Source of the DNA: Sulfurimonas sp.
GTDB lineage: Bacteria; Campylobacterota; Campylobacteria; Campylobacterales; Sulfurimonadaceae
DNA length: 64,000 nucleotides
Direction: 5' to 3'
Assembly (NCBI GenBank): GCA_030949945.1
Contig: JAUZRZ010000057.1
Span: forward strand, 8,612-72,611
The notes under the pieces were generated by a model. It searched no databases. It was given only the letters and a program-made list of their open reading frames with translations, and had not been told where the DNA came from. Below, in pieces: positions 1-11,519 of the stretch. The position numbers and the translations under genes are program-made. The first letter of the stretch is position 1. Every line of letters starts with the position of its first letter.

Positions 1-1525
1 CGTCAATAAGTTTTTTGTACCGCTCTATCTCTTTAGCTATCTCACGCAAAGACTTTTCAATCTCTTTAATAGTTTCTTGATTATCATTTAAGCTATCATT
101 TGCATCTTTTTTTACAACAGGGTTGATAGTAAAAATATTTTCACTCCCTTGAAGTTTTTGAATTTCTATTCGTTTAGAAGCAGTTGCATGCACATGTGAA
201 GCACATATTTCTATATCTATTTCTTTAGCTTTTATCTTCCCACCTAAAGCTTGTGACACCTCAACAACATCACCATCTATCTCTCCATGCTCAAGTCGTG
301 TTACTTTAATATGTTTACCATAAGCTTTACCTTTATGAACATTTATATCTAGCTCATCAGCTTTGAGTGTTGCTGTTTTATGCGTCTGTCCCCCTACGGT
401 TGCTCTAAGTGCTACAACTTTAGCATTTGAGCCAACATTTCCATCTATATCTATCTCTGTGACCTCTACACTCATTCCTGTACCAATGGCATCTTTTTCT
501 AAATTTGTTTCACTTACATTGAGGCTAACATCAGAGTCAACACCACTATTAATAGATCCTGTTGTTTTAAAGCTAATCTCTCCTACATCCATATCTGTTT
601 TAATAGTATAAGTGTTATCTGCAAAGGCAATATAACCATTCTCATTTGCACGGTACTCAACTGATTCGCCTGTATCTATCTCTCTAATAGTAGAATCAAT
701 GTTAAAAGTTACTTCATTTGCCACTATTGGTTCAGTTGGCTCTAAAAAATCTCCACGACAGTTACGCCCAGGCATTCCAGCTCTAGGTTTAATATACTCT
801 ATAAGAAGTTCATCTTTTTTTACACTCTGAATAAAACCTCGAGAAGCATAATCTACTTTTTGATTTTCATCTTCTGTTTTTTTCTCTTCATAATGCAATA
901 TCAACTTATCATTAAGCGTAGCCGTTGGCTCTAAGCCCTCAGCAATAAGGATAGCCTTTGATTCTTTAAACTCTACCTTATCATGTATTCTTGCCTCTGC
1001 TGATATTTTTGAGATAACTTCACCTACCATCTCATCAAAAATATGTATAAGAATACCCGCTCTAATCTTTTTTTTGTTTATGGTGTTAAGTAAATCATCC
1101 CCTAAAGTAGAACTTTTACTTACAAATGAGCCTTTTAATATACTCAGATAGACTTTACATTTTGTCGCATTTGCACCAACAGCTACTTTTAGGTTTGGAC
1201 ATGGTGTTGGTGTTTCTCCTGATATTGAAAATATCTCTATTTCATAAGTCTGTTTTATTTGGAAATGTGGGTTTAATAATGCACTTTCATCATCAAGTTC
1301 ATAAAGGTCTTCATTTTTTATTCTTCCCCATTCTGTCTCTTTTGTTCCATCATTAATTCGAATATATGTTTGAGTATCTAAAATATTAAAATCAAGTGTT
1401 TCAAGACTTACTTCATAACTTTTTGAAAGAATTTGGAGTTCTTTTGCAACATTTTGAGTACGGACAACGGTTGGTCGAATTGACTTAGATGTTTGTTTTT
1501 TCTCTTTTGATCCGAATAATGCCAT
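1..1525 (-). CDS. Flagellar assembly protein A-like / DUF342 (FapA) family protein, 3' end outside the window
   Basis: Manual translation from ATG at 1525 gives MALFGSKEKKQTSKSIRPTVVRTQNVAKEL..., later GRNCRG and VGEISFKTTGSI-type segments typical of DUF342 proteins. It is absent from the ORF track because no stop lies in the window. Confidence 0.75.
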   Translation of the reverse strand, partial: MALFGSKEKKQTSKSIRPTVVRTQNVAKELQILSKSYEVSLETLDFNILDTQTYIRINDGTKETEWGRIKNEDLYELDDESALLNPHFQIKQTYEIEIFSISGETPTPCPNLKVAVGANATKCKVYLSILKGSFVSKSSTLGDDLLNTINKKKIRAGILIHIFDEMVGEVISKISAEARIHDKVEFKESKAILIAEGLEPTATLNDKLILHYEEKKTEDENQKVDYASRGFIQSVKKDELLIEYIKPRAGMPGRNCRGDFLEPTEPIVANEVTFNIDSTIREIDTGESVEYRANENGYIAFADNTYTIKTDMDVGEISFKTTGSINSGVDSDVSLNVSETNLEKDAIGTGMSVEVTEIDIDGNVGSNAKVVALRATVGGQTHKTATLKADELDINVHKGKAYGKHIKVTRLEHGEIDGDVVEVSQALGGKIKAKEIDIEICASHVHATASKRIEIQKLQGSENIFTINPVVKKDANDSLNDNQETIKEIEKSLREIAKEIERYKKLID

Positions 1526-1617
1526 GAATTTTTTATCCAAAAAATAAATTTACTTTTTTATTAAAATACATTTTAACCAAAAGTTAGTTAAAATTATGTA
1601 AAAATATAAAGAAGCCT

Positions 1618-3018
1618 ATGTTTAAATCAATATTCACCAATAGTTTTGGAATTTTAATCTCAAGAATTTTAGGCTTTATCCGAGACCTACTTACAGCTTC
1701 AGCACTAGGGGCAAACATATACAGTGATATATTTTTTATAGCATTTAAACTGCCTAACCTGTTTCGACGTATCTTTGCTGAGGGTGCATTTACTCAGGTT
1801 TTTATCCCCGCGTTTGCTAGAACAAAACATAAAGCTGTCTTTTCAGCCAATATATTTCTCATTTTTTTCTCTATCATTTTACTTATTACACTCTTAGTAA
1901 ACCTACTACCAGCACTCTTTACAAAAACTATAGCAGTTGGCTTCTCTGAAGAGAGTATTGAGATAGCAGCACCCTATGTTGCCATAAATTTCTGGTATCT
2001 GCCACTCATCTTTACTATGACATTTTTAAGTGGAATTCTTCAGTACAAAAATCATTTTGCAACAACTGCCTTTAGTACAGCACTTCTGAACCTCTCTCTT
2101 ATAGCCGCTATTTACCTCTCACACAACAAAGAACAAGCAGAGATAGTTTATTATCTTAGTTATGGTGTTGTCATAGGTGGGCTCTTACAACTTATAGTAC
2201 ATCTTATAGCTATGCAACAACTAGGACTTTTTAGACTTATAGTAGGTGGTTTTAAATACCTAAGAGTAAAGAGTCAATCCATTAAACGCGATACAAAAAA
2301 GTTCTCCTCTAACTTCCTTCCTGCAATGTGGGGAAACTCAACCGCACAGGTTTCTGCATTTTTAGATACTTTGTTGGCTTCATTTCTTGTAACAGGCTCC
2401 ATCTCTTACCTTTACTATGCCAACCGTATCTTCCAACTCCCACTAGCTCTTTTTGCAATAGCCACTTCTATAGCTCTGTTTCCAAAAATATCTCGATACC
2501 TAAAACTTCACGATGAAGAAAAAGCAAAAGAAAATCTCCAAAAGGCTTTTTGGTTTTTAAGTTTTGTTTTAACAGCAAGCAGTATCGGTGGAATAGTTTT
2601 AGCACATGAGATAACATGGTTACTTTTTGAGAGAGGTGCTTTTAGTACCACAGATACATCCAATACTACTGCTGTACTACAAATGTATATGATTGGATTA
2701 CTCCCCTTTGGTCTAGCAAAACTTTTTTCCCTATGGCTATATGCCAAAGAGATGCAAATGAAAGCTGCCAAGATTGCCACAGTCTCTCTTCTTGTCTATA
2801 TTCTACTAGCACTCTCACTAATTCAACCCTTAGGTGTAGCAGGTCTAGCTCTAGCTTCTACCATAGGTGGTATGAGTAGTTTTGTCTTTACTATTAAAGT
2901 ATTTGGATTTAGTGATTTTATGAAAATTATTTATTCTAAAAACAGTGTGATTCTTTTAGTGAGTGCTATTGTCTTTACAGTAGTACTTTTAACACTGAAG
3001 AGTTTTTTAATACCTTAA
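1618..3018 (+). CDS. murJ: Lipid II flippase MurJ (MviN)
   Basis: SRILGFIRD, FKLPNLFRRIFAEGAF and LYYANRIFQLP motifs; multi-pass membrane protein of 466 aa. Confidence 0.97.
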   Translation: MFKSIFTNSFGILISRILGFIRDLLTASALGANIYSDIFFIAFKLPNLFRRIFAEGAFTQVFIPAFARTKHKAVFSANIFLIFFSIILLITLLVNLLPALFTKTIAVGFSEESIEIAAPYVAINFWYLPLIFTMTFLSGILQYKNHFATTAFSTALLNLSLIAAIYLSHNKEQAEIVYYLSYGVVIGGLLQLIVHLIAMQQLGLFRLIVGGFKYLRVKSQSIKRDTKKFSSNFLPAMWGNSTAQVSAFLDTLLASFLVTGSISYLYYANRIFQLPLALFAIATSIALFPKISRYLKLHDEEKAKENLQKAFWFLSFVLTASSIGGIVLAHEITWLLFERGAFSTTDTSNTTAVLQMYMIGLLPFGLAKLFSLWLYAKEMQMKAAKIATVSLLVYILLALSLIQPLGVAGLALASTIGGMSSFVFTIKVFGFSDFMKIIYSKNSVILLVSAIVFTVVLLTLKSFLIP

Positions 3019-3021
3019 TTT

Positions 3022-3059
3022 ACTAAAGGAGCTTTTTTAAGAAAAGTCCGTAATGTCAG
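3022..3059 (+). repeat. MITE-like repeat, right-end remnant
   Basis: GCTTTTTTAAGAAAAGTCCGTAATGTCAG matches the right end of the copies at 10259 and 11425. Confidence 0.75.
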
Positions 3060-3155
3060 TTATTTGATTGCTAATTAAAGACTCGTTTTACACCTTTAAA
3101 CTTGTATTATATTTTAAGAGTTATAATTGAAACATAAATTTATAAGGAATTTTTC

Positions 3156-3623
3156 ATGAAAAAAACACTACTCGCTCTTTTACTGCTTATCTCTTTTGCT
3201 CAGGCAGATGAAGATAACTTAAAAGTTGTATATGACTTAACAACTAAAAATATAGCCAAAATTGAGCAGAATATTTTAAAAGGTATAGTTGCTCATAAAA
3301 CTTATTTTCAAAAAGATTTTAAAGAGCTTGATGTAACAGTAGTTATTCATGGTGGAGCTTATAGATTCTTTGTTAAAGACCCATCAACAACTCTTTACAA
3401 AGATGACAAAACACTCATACAAAACTATAGCCAACTTAAAAAACGTCTTGCATCATTAGCAGATACCTATGATGTAGAGTTTTTAATGTGTGGTGTTGGT
3501 ATGAGGTCTCGAAAACTAAAAGAAAAAGAGATTGTCCCCTTTGTCAAAGTGATTCCCAACTCTTCAGTTGGTCTTATACAAAGACAAAATGAAGGGTATG
3601 CTTATCTTCCAGTTGGGGACTAA
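3156..3623 (+). CDS. Exported DsrE/DsrF-like family protein
   Basis: Signal peptide, KVVYD, VVIHGGAY, a conserved Cys (FLMCG) and QNEGYAY. Confidence 0.85.
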   Translation: MKKTLLALLLLISFAQADEDNLKVVYDLTTKNIAKIEQNILKGIVAHKTYFQKDFKELDVTVVIHGGAYRFFVKDPSTTLYKDDKTLIQNYSQLKKRLASLADTYDVEFLMCGVGMRSRKLKEKEIVPFVKVIPNSSVGLIQRQNEGYAYLPVGD

Positions 3624-3639
3624 AACTCTCTACTCTTAA

Positions 3640-3756
3640 CGGATGTTATAGACTATAAGGAGCGAAGCCCCTTATAGTCGCAGGGACACAACTGTCCCTA
3701 CAACCCCCTAAAAGCTATAAAAAAGGGGCTTTTTTAAGAAAAGTCAGCAGTATAAG
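3640..3756 (+). mobile_element. MITE-like palindromic repeat, full copy with degenerate ends
   Basis: GACTATAAGGAGCGAAGCCCCTTATAGTC-GCAGGGACA..TGTCCCT-ACAACCCCCTAAAAGCTATAAAAAAGGGGCTTTTTTAAGAAAAG; lies between convergent genes. Confidence 0.85.
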
Positions 3757-3759
3757 TTC

Positions 3760-4771
3760 TTAAAAACTTTTCCCTATTCCTATACTTGACTTGTAGCCTA
3801 TATCGTTTTGTATGCCATGAAAGTCTTGGTAGAGAGGTTTTGAGAATGTAAGAAAGAGTGAGTAGCTACTCTGTGTTACTACTTGTACTCCAGCAGTTGC
3901 AAAAACAACATTATGCCCAGTATTGTATGCTACTTCACCAGCAAATTCATCTCTCTCAACATTTTCTCCATTAAGTTCTACAAAAACATCCACAGAGTAT
4001 CCAAACTCCTCGTGAGCATCTAATTCACGAAGTACATCTTTATGGTCATGCTCAAGTAGTTTATAAGATAGTGCCATATTGTATGTAAAAACATCACCTA
4101 GTTGGCTATCTTGCGACTCCTTTAGTGTTGAGTTTATATAGTATGTTTGAGTGCAGAGAGAAATCTTCAAAATCTTTTGTAAATGCTACTCCTGAGAAAA
4201 AGTCCCATGAACCACTTCCTGGTTGTAGGTCAGCCTCAAGCTCTTCCCCTTCATCAGATACATCTGTTTTTCCAGTTGGAGCTTTAATCCCCGCTATTAA
4301 GGCAATTTTGAGGCATCATCATATATTTTGTACTGTAAGATAGCAGAAGTATCTCCCATACCTTCAGCTGTTCCATGAGGATGTACACCGTACACACCAG
4401 CATCAACTTCACCTGCACGAATATTTAGACGTGAGACATATGGAAGTTGCATACTAAGTGTTAGAGTATCTGTTAAACCATAAGAGAGTGAGAGCGAATA
4501 AGAGTTTATTGTGTCTATATTGTGTAGATGACTTGAGCCATTTTGCATAGCTTCTATTATTGTTGCATCGGAGAGTGTTTTATTTTCTACTCTTTCAGCA
4601 TTCACACCCACATAGAAGTTTCCTTTTTCCATAGTGTTTGCAGAGAGTATAAACAGCACTTGAACCTCCCATTCCTAAAACATGTGAAGAGTTACAAGCC
4701 CATAGAGGTGTCATAGTTGTTGATGCCACAAGGCAAAGCATATTGAATTTATTTAATAGTTTTTTTTGCAT
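3760..4771 (-). CDS. Outer-membrane beta-barrel 'transporter' family protein (MetA-pathway-like), split by indels
   Basis: ATG at 4771 with RBS AAGGA and a signal peptide. ORF fragments 4297-4659 and 3760-4170 are joined by a GIKAPTGKT..LQPGSGSWD segment. GMGD motif and C-terminal Phe beta-signal. Confidence 0.75.
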
Positions 4772-4831
4772 AAGTATCCTTAATATTTATATTATAATTT
4801 TTATTATAGTTGTTGTTTTTTTGTTGAGGTA

Positions 4832-5107
4832 TTAAGAATATACTGGAGGGGCTCGGGAGTTTAGAGGCTTATAAACTTCATCTAAATAGATAAAAACCTT
4901 ACAAACTACTGAAGTATCTAAAACAGTTTGAAGTTCTAAAAGGTAGGTTTGCTCTATTGGAGTATCTGCATCTGCAATACTTGATGCTATTGTACATATT
5001 TGACAATCTTCATGTACTTTGAGGTCAGTATGGTGATGAAAAACACCCATAAGTGTTGCAAGTACAAAAACAGTAGCAAAATATTTACGGAGCCATTTAT
5101 TTATCAT
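4832..5107 (-). CDS. DUF2946-like (CruR-like) small protein with HHH, CxxC and RAPP motifs
   Basis: N-terminal hydrophobic helix, FHHH, CQIC and C-terminal SRAPP; directly upstream of the outer-membrane transporter gene. Confidence 0.75.
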   Translation of the reverse strand: MINKWLRKYFATVFVLATLMGVFHHHTDLKVHEDCQICTIASSIADADTPIEQTYLLELQTVLDTSVVCKVFIYLDEVYKPLNSRAPPVYS

Positions 5108-5174
5108 AATTGGAATTATAGCAATTTTTTAATTAGTTTTTGGTAAAATTCTATCACTATTATGAAGGACTCCT

Positions 5175-6575
5175 ATGTTTATTTACGACTCAGTTACAAA
5201 AGAGAAGAGAAAATTTATTCCACTTCAAGAGGGTAAAGCTACTCTTTATGTATGTGGTCCTACTGTTTATGATGATGCCCACTTAGGTCATGCAAAGTCG
5301 GCTCTTGTTTTTGACCTGCTTACTCGTGTTTTAACTGCTAATGGTTTAGATGTAACTTATGCAAGAAATATCACTGACATAGATGATAAAATCATTAAAA
5401 AAGCTATAGCACAAGATAGAGATATAAAAGAGATTACTGACTACTATACTGACTCTTTTCATAAAGAGATGGAAGCTATTGGAGTAAAACGTCCAGATAT
5501 TGAACCTAAGGCAACAGAGTCTTTAGAAGCAATGTTTGATATGATACAAAAACTTATAGACACAAATCATGCCTACACTACCAAAGATGGGGATGTTTAC
5601 TTTGACACAGAGAGTGATGCTAAGTACCTCACACTCTCAGGTCGAGTACAAAATGAAGATGAAAAGCAAGAACGTGTTGTAAGTTCAGAGCTTAAAAAAA
5701 ATCCTGCTGACTTTGCGATGTGGAAAAGTGTCAAAGATGGCTCGCTTACATATGACTCTCCCTTTGGTGCAGGTCGTCCAGGATGGCACTTAGAGTGCTC
5801 AGCCATGATAGAGAAACACTTAGCTCGTCCTGACACTGCGTTTAGCATTGATATACATGGAGGAGGAGCTGATTTACTCTTTCCTCATCATGAAAATGAA
5901 GCAGCACAAACTCGATGTAGCTCAAACCATGAACTCGCTAACTACTGGATGCACAACGGTTTTGTAAACATAAACGGCGAAAAAATGTCTAAGTCTCTTG
6001 GCAATAGCTTTTTTCTCAAAGATGCACTCAAAGAGTATGATGGGGAAGTTCTGCGTTTTTATCTTTTAAGCACTCATTATAGAAGTAACTTCAACTTTAA
6101 CACTGAGGACTTGAGCATAGCTAAAAAGAGACTTGACAAGATATATAGACTTAAAAAACGTCTTTTTGGACTGCCAGAAAATAGCGAAAATACTCCATTT
6201 CAAGAAAAACTCCTAGAGGCTTTGAGTGATGATATGAATGTCTCTACAGCCCTTGCACTTATAGAAGAGATGATTTCATCTGCAAACGAAACACTCGATA
6301 GTGCAGGAAAACATAAACTACTCAAACGCGAGACTATCTCTAATCTTGCCTATATTGAAACTCTCTTAGGTTTTGGTGTACAAAACCCTTTTGAGTACTT
6401 CCAGTTTGGAATGGATGAAGATACAAAAAACAGTATTTCAAAACTAATGTTACTAAGAGATGAGGCAAAAAAAGAGAAAAACTTTGAAGAGTCCGATAGA
6501 CTAAGAGATAAGATACTCTCTTACGGAGTCACACTTATGGATACTCCTGCTGGAACCTTTTGGGAAAAAGTTTAA
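5175..6575 (+). CDS. cysS: Cysteinyl-tRNA synthetase
   Basis: YVCGPTVY, HLGH, GRPGWHLECS and KMSKS motifs. Confidence 0.98.
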   Translation: MFIYDSVTKEKRKFIPLQEGKATLYVCGPTVYDDAHLGHAKSALVFDLLTRVLTANGLDVTYARNITDIDDKIIKKAIAQDRDIKEITDYYTDSFHKEMEAIGVKRPDIEPKATESLEAMFDMIQKLIDTNHAYTTKDGDVYFDTESDAKYLTLSGRVQNEDEKQERVVSSELKKNPADFAMWKSVKDGSLTYDSPFGAGRPGWHLECSAMIEKHLARPDTAFSIDIHGGGADLLFPHHENEAAQTRCSSNHELANYWMHNGFVNINGEKMSKSLGNSFFLKDALKEYDGEVLRFYLLSTHYRSNFNFNTEDLSIAKKRLDKIYRLKKRLFGLPENSENTPFQEKLLEALSDDMNVSTALALIEEMISSANETLDSAGKHKLLKRETISNLAYIETLLGFGVQNPFEYFQFGMDEDTKNSISKLMLLRDEAKKEKNFEESDRLRDKILSYGVTLMDTPAGTFWEKV

Positions 6576-7480
6576 TGACTATAGAAGATATACACAAACA
6601 TCTAAAAGAGACTTCAAAGAGTGTCACCCAAGAGTTTAAACGTCTTTTTCATGGTCGCGGTGGGCTTTATGAGGGTTGGAGACATCTCACTATTGACTCT
6701 ATTGATTCCATACTTAGTGTTGCCTTGTACTTCCAAGAGCCACTTGAAGATGAACTTATAGAGATGCTAGTTGCGTTTACAAAGAGTTCTGACTATGAGA
6801 CACTAGTTGTGCAACGCCGCTATATCAAAGGCACTGCTAGCGAAGTTTTAGTAGGTACACTCAGTGAAGACACTTATGCTCTTGAAAACAGTATTAAGAT
6901 AAAAGTCAACCTCCTCTCTAATCGTAATAGTGGTTATTTTCCTGATATGAAAATAGGAAGAGAGTTTGTTCAAAAAAATGCTAAAGACAAAAGGGTTTTA
7001 AATCTTTTCTCTTACACCTGTGCATTTTCTCTTGCGGCTAAAATCGGTGGAGCTTATGAAGTTGTGAATGTAGATATGAGTAAGGGTGCTCTTAAAACTG
7101 GAATGCAAAACCACTCTTTAAATGAACTTGACCCTAGAGGTATAAGTTTTTTACCTTACAATATACTCAAGTCATTTACAAAGCTAAAACGCAAGGGTCC
7201 TTACGATATGATTATCATCGACCCTCCTAGTTTTCAAAGAGGAAGTTTTGAAGCAACAAAAGATTATGAAAAACTCATCAAAAGAGTAGAAGAACTTGCT
7301 AGTGAGGAGTGTCTCTTGCTTGCATGCTTGAACTCACCCCAACTTCAAAGTGATTTTATAATCGATATGATACAAGAGTTTGCTCCAAGTTTTAGTTATG
7401 AAAAAAGACTGGAAAATGTAGCAGAGTTTGCTTCTGTTGATGAAAGTAGAAGCTTAAAAAATTTGGTTTTTAAAAAGTGA
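6575..7480 (+). CDS. SAM-dependent methyltransferase, RlmI/RlmK-like
   Basis: VLNLFSYTCAFS and IIIDPPSF motifs; the ATG at 6575 overlaps the cysS stop. Confidence 0.88.
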   Translation: MTIEDIHKHLKETSKSVTQEFKRLFHGRGGLYEGWRHLTIDSIDSILSVALYFQEPLEDELIEMLVAFTKSSDYETLVVQRRYIKGTASEVLVGTLSEDTYALENSIKIKVNLLSNRNSGYFPDMKIGREFVQKNAKDKRVLNLFSYTCAFSLAAKIGGAYEVVNVDMSKGALKTGMQNHSLNELDPRGISFLPYNILKSFTKLKRKGPYDMIIIDPPSFQRGSFEATKDYEKLIKRVEELASEECLLLACLNSPQLQSDFIIDMIQEFAPSFSYEKRLENVAEFASVDESRSLKNLVFKK

Positions 7481-10231
7481 TTCCTAAACTTATTTGAACT
7501 TGATTTTCATTGTTTGTAAAAAGTGCATTGTCATTATGAAAGTAGTCTATAGACAGAGGTAAAGCAAATGAGTTTAACAAGACCATATCAAATCTTATCC
7601 CAGCCATAATTTCATTTACACTATGTCTAAAACCTGTAAAATCTTTCACATCATAGTATCTATATTTTGCATATATTGCCTCTCTTTGAAGTGACAAAGG
7701 AAAAGTAAACCAGTAGCTTGAAAGGTCTATAACGCTACTCAAACCTATATCTCCATACCCTGCACTTTTTACATAGAGTGAGCCATCGAGTGTTGGCATA
7801 TTCAGACTAGAGAGGTCATTATCTCTTTGAGCTCTTATCGGTGAGAGTTTAACTCCTCTTGTCTCTAAAAATGCACTATAATTGCTTATATCTGCATCTG
7901 TAATAGAGTACTTCAATGAAGATTTTAAATAGGTTTGAAAAAATAGTCGATGAGAAAACTTTAAAGTAGCACCAGTAATAGTATCTTTTCTCTCTCTTAC
8001 ACCGTAAGCACTAAGCCCATACTCTGAGTTTGCATACATTGAGATACCATGTCTCTCATACCTACTAAGATTAAAGCTTCCCGTTAAAGGTTCTCTTTCC
8101 CTTGTGTCATAATCTTGGAAATATGTAGCATTTAAACTAGCATCAAAGTACCCTGCTCTATAAAGATCTAGCCCTAAACCAGCTATCACACCATAATCTC
8201 GTGTATCAACTCTATCATCATTTTCTAGCACACCATAAGCATTAAAACTATACTGTAAAATATACTGACTGTTCTCATACCCTACTCCTGCTATAGTTAT
8301 ATTTGTATCATCTCTTGATACATAAGCATTTACAGAGTTTTGACTCAAAGGATCACCAAACTTGATGTTTAATGAACCAATAGCACTCCCTCCCGCTTGC
8401 ATGGCAATACTCAAATCACTTCCACTATAGTGCAGATTTAACATCGAGTAGTAGTCATTAGAATCATCTATAGTGCTTGTGTTATTATCTTCACTTAGCA
8501 CATACTGTCTGTAATACTCTTTGTCTTCAAAGAAGAGTTTTGTCTCAAAAGGCACCTCATCTATAGACACTAAATCACTTTTCACATAATAATAATCTTT
8601 AGAACCTACCGCCGCCAACAAGTACCTCTTTATCATTGATAAGTCTTGCATCTAAAATATTGTCCGCCTTACTTGCCCGAGTAACTTTTGCATCTTTATA
8701 TCTGTAGAGTGTAGTTCCAAGTTCTGAATTTGCCACAAAGTAAACAGCTCCACTAGAATCAACATCAGACACAATTCCATAAAAACCATTGTATGTAAAC
8801 AGCGGTTTTTTATTTTTATAAAGTGTTCTTTTTTTACCCTTGTTTTCATTTTTAAAGTAGTAAAGGTTATCGTTTTTATCTATAATAACAGAAGAGTTTG
8901 CATAGTCATAGTACTCTGTATCTACATATAACTGAGGGTAGTCATAAGAACTTTTAACATCGAAGTAAACGCAGCGTCCATCACTCAAATACCCTTGTAT
9001 CATCTTCCCCTCACTACCCTCTTTTATAAATGCTTCATCATCAAACAGACCCTGCTTTATACTTATAGGAGATATATGATTACTTCCTTGTGTGTAGTAC
9101 TTATCATCTACTTTTATAACTTTACCTGACATCCAACTATCTCTATCTACACTCACACTTTCATTTTTTTTGTTAAATACAAGAAGAGTCTCTTTTGTGT
9201 ATCCCTTTTCATTTATAAGAAAAAATATTTCATCTTTATCATGTGACATATTTGCATAAAACTGTGAAGATGCTATAGGTTCACCCTCAGCTAAAACAAG
9301 TCTCTGGGCTAAAGATGCATAATACTCAGAAAATGCACTCAGTGTATCTTCAAAGTCCACACCTACACTATCTTTCATACTTGAGTTTGTAAAAATAGGA
9401 AAGTACCAATCTTGCGACTTATATTTAAAGTAAGAGTTTATATTTTTAAGACCATACCTTTGAGCTAAAAATAGGTTATAAAAGCCACCTATTTGGTAGT
9501 AAATATCTCCCTGCATAAGGAAACATTATCGCCTTGTTATACATTCTGTCTGCAGTAATATTTCCAGCCTTTGCTTGAAGTAACATCATCGCTTTAAAAC
9601 GACCGCTATAGAGTCTCCCACCTGAACCATGCCATGACTCATTTAAAACTGCATTTCCCTCTAACATAAAAGAGTTTTCAAAAGAGTTTGGGATTATAAA
9701 GGGTAAAGGAAACATAAGTGAACCATTGCCTAAGACAGAGTGTAGTCCTCTTGAGACAATACTTCCCTTTGTATTAAGTTGGTAGTTATGTGCAGTTTCG
9801 TGGTAAAGCAGTACATCAAGCCAAGAAGTGTTTGCAAAGTAGTCAACCTGTGATGTCCCACCAATATAATTTATCTGTCTATTATTGGGGTATTGGGTAG
9901 AAAAGCCATTTGCAATTTGGTTAGAGTTTGAGATAAGACCAACATAGAGTGTTTCATCTAGTTCCCAATCAAAAAACTTTTCATAATCAGTATGCAAAAG
10001 TGACTCCATACCTGCAGTATGTTTAGCAAACTTTATGTTCTCTTTAGTATAAATGATTTCTATCTCTTTATCATCCATTTTATGCTTATAGTAAGCCTCA
10101 TCTTGAGGCACTACAGCATAACCAGTAGTTAAAGTTTGAGGTATTATTATCTGTGAGCTATTAAAACTCTCTGCACTTAAAATAGAGCTTATAAGAGCTA
10201 AGCTACTCAGTAATAGAGTAGATTTTTTCAT
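7470..10231 (-). CDS. Large exported protein (~920 aa): zincin-like peptidase domain, probable beta-propeller and outer-membrane barrel; split into 3 ORFs by indels
   Basis: Consecutive overlapping ORFs 9476-10231, 8599-9516 and 7470-8651; signal peptide, HETAH..EGNA and C-terminal ISLGITF. Confidence 0.65.
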
Positions 10232-10258
10232 TTTTAACCTTAAAATTTTAATTATTCA

Positions 10259-10328
10259 CTGATATTACAACTCCCTAAAGCTATAAAAAAAGGGTTTTTT
10301 TTAAGAAAAGTCCGTTCCGTAATGTCAG
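10259..10328 (+). mobile_element. MITE-like repeat, internally deleted copy
   Basis: Left end CTGATATTAC is joined directly to ..CCCTAAAGCTATAAAAAAAGGG..TTAAGAAAAGTCCG..TAATGTCAG; the first two hairpins are missing. Confidence 0.8.
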
Positions 10329-10383
10329 TTATTCAATAATAAACATTTTACTCTAATTTAATTAAAAAAGAGTATTATTTGTT

Positions 10384-11519
10384 ATGGCAAATATTAATAT
10401 TCAAGATAGTATAGATTTTGATCTCTATGTTAAAGTGAGCGAGGGATTACTAAAATCCTCACTTGCCTTATTTCTAAATATTATTGTGATGATTGTTGCT
10501 TTTTATTCACTTCATGATAAAATATTTTTATTTTCTTGGTTATTTTTAGTCTTCTTTTTGCTAGTTCTAAGAGCTTTAGATGTATCTAAGTACCTGAAAA
10601 ATCCAGACCTATCTAGTATCCATCAACATATAAAAAGATTTCAACTTTATTCACTCTTTATTGCACTTACTGTCTCATGTGGAATCATAACACTATCCCC
10701 ATCTCATCTTCCCTTTCATCAAGCTTAGCGATGATTGTAGCAGGACTTTCTGCTGGAGCTGTAATGGCACTCTCTTACTACCAAAATTTAGTGAGAATGT
10801 CTAATTATTCTATCTTTCCATTTGCTTTATGATGCTTTTCAGGAGACCATTCATCTACTTATATCTTTTTTAATGTTTCTATTTTTAGTGATGCTGATGC
10901 TCTTTTCAAACAAGTTTTATGAATCAATGGTCGAACTCATAGCAGCAAAAATGAGGCTGATATTCAAGCACTATGACCTTATGAGTTTAGCAAATAGACT
11001 AACACTGTATGAAGGCTCTCTATGCAACACGTATAAAAGAGACAAAAGTTTCGCTGCAGTTTTATTTATAGGTATTGATGATTTAAACTTGTAAATGACA
11101 CATATGGGCATTGGTGATATGCTTTAAAGTTTGCACAACGAATATCTACTATAGTCAGAGATGAAGATACCTTTGCAAGACTTAGTGGAGATGGGTATAT
11201 TAATAGCAGATATACAAGGTGAAGAGAGTAAGCTCACAAGTTCATAAAATCCATACCGCACTACAGTCACCTTTTAAATTAAAACACATAATATTGTGTG
11301 AATGTAAGTATAGGTATTGATATTATAGATGAAAATGTTGAGCATTCAGATCATATTTTAAACAATGCTGATACAGCGATGTATAGGTCAAAAAAGAGTG
11401 GTAAGAACAAAACAACACTTTTTGCTGATGTTACGGACTATAAGGGCGAAGCCCCTTATAGTCGCAGGGACAATAATGTCCCTACAACCCCTAAAGCTAT
11501 AAAAAAGGGGCTTTTTTAA
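10384..11519 (+). pseudogene. Degenerate membrane-anchored GGDEF diguanylate cyclase
   Basis: Transmembrane fragments, LANR, VLFI, FARLSGD and VSIG..NADTAMYRSKKSGKN are scattered over several frames with stops and multi-base deletions. The 3' end reads into a repeat. Confidence 0.8.

Noticed and set aside
363-1356. Plus-strand ORFs 363-611 and 1126-1356, and the other short nested ORFs in the track
   Set aside because: They are antisense or off-frame shadows of well-supported genes.
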